Assembly (NCBI GenBank): GCA_026026165.1
Contig: JAPEUD010000063.1
Span: 124,001 to 147,802, forward strand
Length of the DNA stretch: 23,802 nucleotides
Source of the DNA: Sarea resinae
Taxonomy: Eukaryota
Direction: 5' to 3'
Numbering within the stretch: the stretch's first letter is position 1; the number at the start of each line of letters is the position of its first letter. Under the pieces are notes generated by a model. It made no database searches. It was not told where the DNA came from and saw nothing but the letters and a program-made list of their open reading frames with translations. Shown piece by piece: positions 12,028-20,620 of this stretch. The position numbers were made by a program, and so were the translations under genes.

Positions 12028-12858
12028 ATGCCATCCTCCACATCATCAGATGCACCCTTCAAAGTCTACGCCGCAGACCACAGCGCCGCCGTCCTCCGCA
12101 ACCACAACCGCCGCACCGTCCTTAGTTCTGCTCCGCACCTGCTGCCTCACTTGAAGCCTACACAGCGAATTCTCGACGTGGGCTGCGGTCCGGGATCAAT
12201 CACGATCGACCTCGCACGCCGCCTTCCCGACGGGCATGTCACTGGGCTGGAATACGTAGCCGATCCACTGGCTCAGGCGCGGGAGCGGGCTGCCTCAGAA
12301 GGATTGTCCAACATCGACTTCGTCGTCGGCGACATCCACTCGCTCGACTACGCTGACGAATCCTTTGACGTCGTGCACGCCCATCAAGTCCTCCAACACG
12401 TCGCCGACCCGGTGCTCGCGTTGCGTGAGATGCGACGCGTTTTGAAGTCGGGCTCGGGGATGGTTTCCGACCGGGAATCTGCCGACTGGACATGGTACCC
12501 GCCGTCGGCGGGCTTGACCGCTTGGAGTGATCTGCTGCGAAAGGTGACCGATAGCAGAGGCGGACATTTGCATCCTGGCAGCTGGATACAAGCATGGGCG
12601 GCCGAGGCCGGTTTCAGCCGCGAGAAGATTGAATGTTCGGCTGGCACGGAGCTGTATAGTACGCCTGCGGAGAGGAAATTCTATAGCGAGATGATGGCGG
12701 AAAGGGTTGTGGGAACGGCGTTTTCAAGGAATGCTATTGAGGGTGGCTTTGCGACGCAAGAGGAGTTGGAAGGCATGGCAAAAGCGTGGAAAGAGTGGGC
12801 CGAGAACAAAGACGGATGGTTTGCTGTCTGGCATGGAGCGGTCATCTGTCATGTCTAA
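12028..12858 (+). CDS. Class I SAM-dependent methyltransferase (UbiE/COQ5-like, 276 aa, intronless)
   Basis: Motif I ILDVGCGPGSIT, followed by SFDVVHAHQVLQH and ALREMRRVLK. Confidence 0.92.
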   Translation: MPSSTSSDAPFKVYAADHSAAVLRNHNRRTVLSSAPHLLPHLKPTQRILDVGCGPGSITIDLARRLPDGHVTGLEYVADPLAQARERAASEGLSNIDFVVGDIHSLDYADESFDVVHAHQVLQHVADPVLALREMRRVLKSGSGMVSDRESADWTWYPPSAGLTAWSDLLRKVTDSRGGHLHPGSWIQAWAAEAGFSREKIECSAGTELYSTPAERKFYSEMMAERVVGTAFSRNAIEGGFATQEELEGMAKAWKEWAENKDGWFAVWHGAVICHV

Positions 12859-12944
12859 ACGGCTTGGCATCATTTAGTTATCGTTACAATCATTCGAGAA
12901 AGTAAGTACATATGGTTTCGTTTCTTTAATTAGTTCTAGCAAAA

Positions 12945-13245
12945 GGATACACCTCTCGAGTTAAAGAAAATACCAGCAAGTAGGTCCAGTCTCATTTCTC
13001 TTGTCGTGGATTATACCGGCATACATCCGGAACTTGTGTGCTTGAAACCCGCAGTCGTCCTTCAAACTCTCCCGCAAGGTCCTCACAATCAAATTTAGTC
13101 AGAAATATGCCTCTTGAAGTAGAGAAAACACCAGCAGCAGACCCAGTCTCATTCCTCCTGTCGAGGAACATACCGGCACACATCTGGTGCCCGTGTGCTT
13201 GAAACCCACAGTCGTCCTTGAACCTCTCTCGCAAAGCCCACAGAT
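12945..13245. repeat. Diverged tandem duplication (period ~157 bp) of the last ~28 codons, stop codon and proximal 3' UTR of the 13149-14438 gene
   Basis: ccagtctcatt occurs at 12986 and 13143, and gtgtgcttgaaaccc..cagtcgtcctt in both units. Translations are FAREVQGRLWVSSTRAPDVCRYVPRQEE* versus LAGEFEGRLRVSSTQVPDVCRYNPRQEK*. Confidence 0.93.
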
Positions 13246-14438
13246 ATCATTTCCGGACTCTGAAACACCACTTGCGTGGCCCGACCACCGCTCCTCAGAC
13301 GTAAGGGCTCGAGCTGGGATTGGTCTGACATGCGACTGACTCTACTCGTGGCTTGCCCACATATATCTCCAACGAGAACGGGCGCCTGCTCGTACGTCCT
13401 CAGACTTGGGGGGAGCCTGCCGGCGTTCGCTGTATAGGCGTGTCGATTTCTGCTGTGCCAGATGATATCGCGCCAGTCGGGATGGTAGACGGAGCGTTGC
13501 CCCTCCATTATCTCACGCGGCACGGCCACGTACATGATGCCAGCTTCTTCGGGCGGGATTCGGAGGGCGACGTAAGACGCATACTTCTGCGCCACTTCAA
13601 TGTGTTTCGTGAAATAAAGGAGCGGATATGCGGGATGGAAGTCTGTCGGGGGTCGAGAAAGAATCGGTTCCAAATTCAGCGTACCATCTGGTCTGAAGAC
13701 AGACAGGAAACGTTCGTAGGAGCCGCCCTTGTACAGTATCATGCATCCGTCAACTTGCGAAGGGGGTATTGCCTCAGTGAGAAGGGAGTATATGGGGCGC
13801 GGGCCATGGATGGCTTGGGTCAACGTGGGACGCAACGTGGGACGCAACGCGGCGGACGGTTGGATGTTTGGATCTGGAGAGGCCACCCTAGCGCTTTCTT
13901 GCTTCTTTTGTATGATTCTCCCGTCAAGGTCTTCCAAGAACTCCCAACACAAATCAATGGTGTCCAATGCCCAGTACGAGGCGGTGCCAGTAAGTCGCAG
14001 CTCTCGGTAATCTGGATGCAAAATTCTGGCCCGTGTGTTTTCTGATATCCCTTGCGCCTGCAGAACACCATCCCAGCTGTGAATAGGGTCAGGAAGCCAC
14101 GCTTCCGTCGTGCGGGACACGGTCTTCACATAGTGTCTAGCTAGTGTGATCAGGTCCTCGGGTTCGAACTGCGTTTCTTCATCGTAATTCTCTTCATTTT
14201 CAACCCATTTGTTGAATATCTGGTCGGCCACGGTCGCATCAAACCCGCAGAAGACAAGGGCCGATGCACTCATGAGATGTTCGGGTACTTGTACTGTCTC
14301 GGTGCTGGAGCCCGAACCGAATGAAGCCCTCGACACGGCTCGAAATCCCGAGTTTACCTCGCCAGCTTCCCCCGCGGCGAGCAAGAGCTGGAGACTGCCT
14401 TCCGAGATGACCCTTTGCGTTACATACGAGCCAGACAT
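13149..14438 (-). CDS. Hypothetical protein (429 aa) with a C-terminal DUF3990-like/ADP-ribosyltransferase-fold candidate domain
   Basis: Long intronless ORF with first ATG at 14438 (MSGSYVTQ). Ordered motifs ILYKGGS, TDF..LYFT..A.KYA, W..IIW.SR, VLVGDI and TQVVFQS. The domain call comes from pattern recall only. Confidence 0.8.
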   Translation of the reverse strand: MSGSYVTQRVISEGSLQLLLAAGEAGEVNSGFRAVSRASFGSGSSTETVQVPEHLMSASALVFCGFDATVADQIFNKWVENEENYDEETQFEPEDLITLARHYVKTVSRTTEAWLPDPIHSWDGVLQAQGISENTRARILHPDYRELRLTGTASYWALDTIDLCWEFLEDLDGRIIQKKQESARVASPDPNIQPSAALRPTLRPTLTQAIHGPRPIYSLLTEAIPPSQVDGCMILYKGGSYERFLSVFRPDGTLNLEPILSRPPTDFHPAYPLLYFTKHIEVAQKYASYVALRIPPEEAGIMYVAVPREIMEGQRSVYHPDWRDIIWHSRNRHAYTANAGRLPPSLRTYEQAPVLVGDICGQATSRVSRMSDQSQLEPLRLRSGGRATQVVFQSPEMISVGFAREVQGRLWVSSTRAPDVCRYVPRQEE

Positions 14439-14889
14439 CTTTGAAGTTGGCAGTGAGGTGTGTTGACGATATGTGTGATGCGGTATGATAAAGTGAGAGG
14501 ATAAGAGTCTGTGCAATACACGAGACTATTACTGAGGAAATAGAGAAGAGGAAGAATAAAGCGTCGAGAGAGTGAAGTGAATCGAATCAAGTAGGAAACT
14601 ATTGTTGAGAGTGAATCCTGCGTGACTCACAAAAACAAAGCAAGACATACTAAGCCCGGTGAGATGATGGGAGGTAGTTGAGAATAAAATTATTTAGGTT
14701 TCCGGATTGCACCTGGTTGGGGTCGAGGTGAACCTGCGAACCCCGACGTTACCCTTATCTATACAGGTAGAACGTCACGATGAAGATAGATGTGATTTAT
14801 AGCCGACTGGTCAAAATCCTCCTAAACAATCATCCTTTGGATCAGACGTATTGTACAATGCGCCGACTTTCAGATAGCTCTATCTCATG

Positions 14890-15885
14890 CTAAGTCTTAT
14901 TGGGTCTTGTGAACATCCGACCAAGAACGCCTGGTCGATCGAGCCTCTCCAGACCTTCCCGAACTTGAGCAAAAGGAACCTCCTCGACAACCGGTAAGAG
15001 AGAGCGATTCGCGATCAGTTCTATCACAGCGGCCAATTCCTTGAGGCCAGAGCCTATCGAACCCCGAAGCTCGATGTTGCGCGCCACAAGAGCCGTCACA
15101 GACAGCTTGAACTCTGCATTCCCAAGCCCGACCAACACGACCCGTCCGCCGGCCTTTACCGCCGCGATTGCATCCGATGTGGTTGTCCCGATGCCCGCAA
15201 AATCAGCGATAACGTCAATCGGCACGTCCGGGAGGGAGCTGAGGCTGGAAAAGCACTCGACGGCGCCGTTCTGCTTTGCTCCTTCGAACTTGACAGTGTC
15301 GATGTCGACCCCGTATACAGTGGCCCCATGTAATGCCGCGATCTTGACGCCGTTTGAACCCAAGCCGCCTAGCCCGATGACGACGACCGTCATGCCGGCA
15401 GTTATCTGGCCTTCGACCATGATCGCATGATATGCCGTGGCAATGGAATCGGTCGCGACGGCCGCCTGTTCGAAGCTGACATTATCGGGAAGCTGGACGA
15501 GATGGGTCACCGGCGCAAGGGCATATTGGGCGTATCCGCCGTCGTAACCTAGACCGATCGATTGAGACCAATCTACCTCGCTGATCGGATGGACGATTTG
15601 TGCCACGGCCACTCGGTCGCCCAATCGAGCTTGAGTGACGCCCGGTCCGAGGGCGATGACGGTCCCGGCCACCTCATGGCCCAGAACAATTGGAGGCTGT
15701 TTGTGGATGAAGCCATCGCCACGGCCTGCGGCAATGAGCGTATCTGAATGGCACAGTCCCGCGGCTTCGATCGCTAGAAGAACCTGACCGGGCCCTGCTT
15801 GTGGGATTGGGATCTCCTTCAACACCAGGCCCTCCGGTTTCTCATACGTAAATGCTTTCATCGTGCAATTTGTTTCAATTGTCAT
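14890..15885 (-). CDS. Zn-dependent medium-chain alcohol dehydrogenase lacking the structural-zinc Cys cluster (alternative start 15861)
   Basis: GLCHSD, LGHEVAG, GDRV, GYDGGYAQY, ATDSIAT and Rossmann GLGGLG motifs. No CxxCxxC...C lobe after GDRV. Confidence 0.93.
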   Translation of the reverse strand: MTIETNCTMKAFTYEKPEGLVLKEIPIPQAGPGQVLLAIEAAGLCHSDTLIAAGRGDGFIHKQPPIVLGHEVAGTVIALGPGVTQARLGDRVAVAQIVHPISEVDWSQSIGLGYDGGYAQYALAPVTHLVQLPDNVSFEQAAVATDSIATAYHAIMVEGQITAGMTVVVIGLGGLGSNGVKIAALHGATVYGVDIDTVKFEGAKQNGAVECFSSLSSLPDVPIDVIADFAGIGTTTSDAIAAVKAGGRVVLVGLGNAEFKLSVTALVARNIELRGSIGSGLKELAAVIELIANRSLLPVVEEVPFAQVREGLERLDRPGVLGRMFTRPNKT

Positions 15886-16413
15886 GTATGATAGAACTTT
15901 ACGATTACAGCGGACATGCGGGTTTTTATGCTGGAATTCTCTCCCGTGTCTGCTTCATTCCCCTCCTCGGATAAGCATGCCACTTTCCAGGTGACCCAAA
16001 CCGTGGATAAGCGAACCACTTTCACAGCCAGATCGGACGATTGCGAAATAAACATCGGCACTTTCCACCCTGTCGCTTCTCACCTACTACCTGGAAGAGG
16101 CGTAGTCGAATTCATCGGCCAGGGTCTTGATCAGATATCCACTAGCGTTGTGAGATCTTTGTTTAAAGAAGTTGGTCCGTCGGGGTTGGACGATAGAAGT
16201 AAGAGCGCGATCAACGATATGCATCGCTAAGGCAGCGAAAGCAAAGTAGGCGAAGCTGCAAAATGCGGGGAAGAGGTGGCGATTAGTACGTACGAATGAT
16301 GAGAAAAACAACTTTTGCTATCATACACCAGGGTATATTTACTGGAAGATCTCATTCAAAAAGATTCAAAAAATAAGAGACTTCGCTGTAGACTATAATC
16401 TTCATCGCCGACA

Positions 16414-17208
16414 ATGGCTCTTTCGTCTGCCGAGCTACTCCACCATGTCGCCCTCAATGAATCCCAGCCCGAAACCATCGTCCTACTCCACGGCCTCATG
16501 GGCTGCACGCTGGAATGGGCGCACGTCGAACCCCATCTCTCAGACTACCACCTTCTCATCCCCGATATGCCTTCCCATTCCGGATCCCGTCACCAGGGGC
16601 CTTTCACTCTCGTGCACGCCGCAAACAAAGTGGCCGACCTCATCCGCGCGCGCGCGCACAATTCCACGTCACACGTTGTCGGATTCAGCGCCGGCGGATA
16701 CGTCGCGTGTACTCTCGCTAAGATGCACCCAGAGCTTGTGAGCTGCCTCTTTGTCTCGGGTGTCTACAACATGGCCACCAGGTGGGGTTGGATGCCAGTT
16801 GCGCCACTCGAACTCTTCATGCCAGCTTCGACGGTAGACTACGGGCAAAGAAGGATGGGCTGGAAGAGTCCGGAAGGGTATCAAAAGGAGGCGGCGGCCA
16901 ATTACAGCCCTAAGATGGCTCAAGAAGCCTGGAAGAGTTTCGCGTCTTTCGGAGACGGCGAGCCCTTGAGTATGAGGGCACTAGCTGTGTCAGGAAGGAA
17001 ACAGGATGATACAGAGGCAGTTGGGAGATTAAGTGAGGTCCTTAGGAAAGGAAATCCCGAGAGTCGTGCTGTAGTGGTTCCCGGCGCGATGCATCCCTGG
17101 TTGTTGCAGTTTCCGGAGCTATTTGCACAGGGTATCAAGGCATGGGTTCAAGGCGGAGAGCTACCAACTGACTTCGAAATAATCAAGAGTAAAGAAGCTA
17201 AAAATTAA
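16414..17208 (+). CDS. Alpha/beta-fold hydrolase (264 aa, intronless)
   Basis: LLHG oxyanion motif, PDMPSHSGS, nucleophile elbow GFSAGG, candidate acid QDD and catalytic His in GAMHPW. Confidence 0.9.
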   Translation: MALSSAELLHHVALNESQPETIVLLHGLMGCTLEWAHVEPHLSDYHLLIPDMPSHSGSRHQGPFTLVHAANKVADLIRARAHNSTSHVVGFSAGGYVACTLAKMHPELVSCLFVSGVYNMATRWGWMPVAPLELFMPASTVDYGQRRMGWKSPEGYQKEAAANYSPKMAQEAWKSFASFGDGEPLSMRALAVSGRKQDDTEAVGRLSEVLRKGNPESRAVVVPGAMHPWLLQFPELFAQGIKAWVQGGELPTDFEIIKSKEAKN

Positions 17209-18525
17209 GAAAAGAGATTTGATGTGTGAAAAGATAGCGAGGCATCTCTTAGATCTGTTGTACATATACTAACCTTCATCTTTACTTTGTAACTCTATCT
17301 ACTTCATTTACTTTCCTTATACTCTTCTATACACGCCTTACACAATTACACAAGAAGAGGGACACCGGAAAATTAAGTCGACTAGAGAAGAGGAATTATC
17401 TCATAGACACGAAACGCTTCTGCTCGCCTCTGTGTAGAAAGTAGCGACAGGTCTGATCCAATCGGTCAACAGGAGACGTACTTCCTTTCGTCGCCTACCT
17501 TCTTCTATCTGTAGAAGATATGAAAATGCCCAGGCTAACAACCCAGAGCACGCCACCCTCATGCTGAACGCACACAGTGAAAGACGTCGGGAGATTCTTA
17601 GCCGACGCTATCAAAATTTACAGACGATACTTAGCAAGGCCGGAAGAAGAGGCAATTTGGAAAGGCACACGCAGGCATGAAGCGAGAAGACAAATGACTG
17701 AAAATACTGATAATCGCTGTCGAGAAGAATCGAAAGGGAGACAAGAGCGCGAAATTGAGGCTTCAGCGCCTGAACTACTCTGCTTTCACTGGACCGGCTC
17801 GGGACTTCTGTAGGTGAGTATCCAATAGACGAGGGATAGAGCCTAGAGCTGCCTGGTACTTTCTCGCCCTTTCGCATGTCACTGCCATGCTATCAATAAT
17901 TCTCCAACCACCCGGATCAGATTATATGGCCTCGATCTGTGAAATGGACTCTCAGAATAAGCCCGAGCGATTCTGCTTCGAATTGAACGTTGAGGATATT
18001 CCCGGGGAACCAACTCGACGTCCATTGACCCTTGCCAATGACTTTATGAACCGTTTCCATGCTCGAGACTTCACATTCGAACGCGACTACATGTTTGCAC
18101 ACCTAACCGCATTGCAGCGGCCGAAGACACCGTCTTCTCGTCGATTTTCGCCGATCTTCGCCTCTTTAAGGCATCGAAGCGAGCCCCAAGCGAGAATCGA
18201 CGGTGTTTTCGCGACGGTGTTTTCGCGCCTGTCAAAAAGCGCCCTCTGCCCACCGACCTGACCACCTCGATAGCTGCCTCGATCCTCGCCCGCGCACCCG
18301 CCCTCTGTTCGTTCGATCGCTGGCCCGCCAGCGTCGATTTCCCACCCTTAGGGTTGCCCTGTCCCTTGGGGTTACTTGGGGTTCGAGGTATATCAAGAGG
18401 TGATTGCAGCCAGCTAAGGCAGACTAACAGCGCACTTCGCCCCTGGCGCCTGCGCAGCGCTCTAAGGAAAGGAGAAGGCTTGCTTGCGTCTGATCTACTA
18501 GCCGCCGTTTAAAGATTTTAAAAAA

Positions 18526-18544
18526 CTTCTAGACAGTCTAGAAG
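18526..18544. repeat. 19-bp palindrome CTTCTAGAC-A-GTCTAGAAG, copy 1 (upstream of the ORF)
   Basis: Perfect 9-bp arms around one central base, flanked by A-tracts. Confidence 0.95.
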
Positions 18545-18625
18545 AAAAAGCTCTCTATATATATGTACACTGCGCCTGCCTAGCCTGCTAGCTATTTAGC
18601 CAGCCTAGCTAGCGAAATCTACTAG
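18536..18625 (+). repeat. Left copy of a degenerate direct repeat also found at 23439-23515 and 23655-23689
   Basis: 18591-18625 matches 23655-23689 at 29/35, with 5 of 6 differences being transitions. The order gtctagaag-A tract-ctctct-tgtRcRctgcgc-gcctg-agctattt is shared with 23439-23515. Confidence 0.8.
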
Positions 18626-18769
18626 GAGAGTTTAAGCGTCACTTAGGGTTGAAGGAGGAGGATCAAGGTGGTTATTACAGTGAGCCAAGGCATGCTAACT
18701 GCGCACTTTGCCTGCAGCAGCGCTGCTGCCGCCCTTAATAACTGGTAGCAGCAGCTGCAGCAGGCGGCG

Positions 18770-18880
18770 CAAGAACAAGAGCAACAAGAGCAGCAAGAGG
18801 AGCAAGAGGAGCAAGAGAAGCAAGAGGAGCAGCAAGAGAGATTAGGATCTAGATTAAGATTAAGATCAGGATCGCGATCG
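18770..18880 (+). repeat. Coding minisatellites: ~9-bp CAAGAGSAG units (Q/E-rich) followed by ~6-bp RGATYA units (probably an ancestral GS linker)
   Basis: Read directly; in frame with the DUF3505 region. Confidence 0.8.
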
Positions 18881-20601
18881 TTATTATTCCACTATAAGCC
18901 AAACTATCAGGTCCTAATCTGCTGTCAACATAGCTACGCCCTTTGAAATATAGACCGCTACTTAAAGGACAGTCATACAATGCTGGCTAAGGAGCGACGT
19001 CTGCTTAGAGCGCAGTATTAAGGCTGCAGCCTACTTGATCTGTATGCTATGCCTTTGCTACCGCTAAATTGCCCTGCATTTCCTGCTCTAAAGGCACCTA
19101 CTAACAGCTTTACCTGTTGAGACTATAGTTTTAGCACAGCGAATCGCTAGATCATGCAGAAGCACAGCAATAAGCAGCACGCCTAGTCTGCTGATTAAGA
19201 GGAGGAAGAAGAAGAAGAGGACTCGCTGAATTAGCAGCTAGTTCTAGTGCAGACCTTCTTTACTAGCAGGCTGCAGCGATATTTTCTAGTGCGGCTGGCG
19301 GAAAAGAAGCACGCAGAGAGGAGCTACAATAATGATTAGCTAGGCGAAGCAGCCTCTAACAACCTAGCTAGTTAGATCTAGCGCGAGTTCGATGCTTAGC
19401 AGGCCGCGCACAAGCAGAGTCAGGCCCTGACTAAGAGCGAGGTGCAGAAGACTAATCGCACTAGCTGGTTCAGTCGCACTAGCTGGCTAGCCCACCTGCG
19501 CCGCCAGAATATAGCTCACCTTCTCTACACTAGCGAGCTCTCTAACTAGCGACTTAGGCGGCCGCGGCGGCAGCGGCAGCGGCAGGATTTAGACTAGATC
19601 CTTAGCTAGGCTGCTAAGGTCACCTGACTAATAATTGAGCGCTGCGTGGCTAGGCTAGCTACCTTACTGCTTAAGCTCTGCCGCTGGCTGCGCAGCGAGA
19701 AGCGCACTAAGGTGCACCTAAAGCTATTAGGTCAGCTGCAGACCGCGGAGGCTTAGGTGCGCTATGCTAACTATTAGGCGCGTCTGATCTGCTATTGCCT
19801 GCGTGTCTTTGCCTACTGCACCTTTGCCGCCTACGCACCTAACGCGCGGCTGAAGGATGCCGACGAATTGCTGCATCTAATAGCAGAGCAGAACGAGCGC
19901 TTGCAGGCTGTCTAGGAGTCGCTCGAGCTTGATAGCGATAAGGCCCTGCAGGTCGACTAAGTGCTAGCCTTCTCGCAGGCGCTTATCTTTGACCTACTAC
20001 TAGTAGACCCCTTTGACAGCGCGCTAGTCCACTTCCTTGCTGTGCTTAGCATCGACCCCCTCACTAAGCGGCTGCACACAGCGACAAGCTACTTCTACTA
20101 GCTAGCTAGGGTGGTCTACTACATGCAGGTGATTAGGGTCGAGGTGCTGCTGCTAGCGGCCGCGTAGGAGCGGCAGGGCTAGGCTAAGCAGAAGCGCTTC
20201 CTAGGGCAGCGCAAGATATTCCTAGCCGACAGCTTGCTAACCCTGATAAGCACGATAATCAGCCTGCTTGCATACGCTAAGTACATCGGCTGGCAGCAGC
20301 TAAGCATAGCGACGACAAACTAGGCCTAGGATGCTCAGTCGCTGCGCTTCTGCAGCAAGCTAATTGTGATTGCCTACTTCTAGCAGATAGCGCACTAGGC
20401 GATCGAGGCCGCTAAGGCCATCCTCTAGCCTAAGCTGATGTAGTGCTGCGAACTAGGCGACTGCTTCACTGTCAACCTAGCTGGCATTAAGGACGACATA
20501 GCGTTCACACAGCAGAATTAGTCCTTCCTTAGCAATCTAGCAAACCAGCTAGATCAGGGGCTCTCCTTAATAGTGGCGCGCGTCGCCTGCACAGCTTGAT
20601 A

Positions 20602-20620
20602 CTTCTAGACAGTCTAGAAG
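20602..20620. repeat. 19-bp palindrome, copy 2 (inside the coding frame)
   Basis: acttctagacagtctagaagaaa is identical to copy 1 over 23 bp. Confidence 0.95.

Noticed and set aside
17577..18403. ORFs of 78, 88, 124 and 66 aa between the hydrolase and the RIPed unit
   Set aside because: No recognisable domain or convincing splice model, and part overlaps a structured repeat. A gene remnant cannot be excluded.
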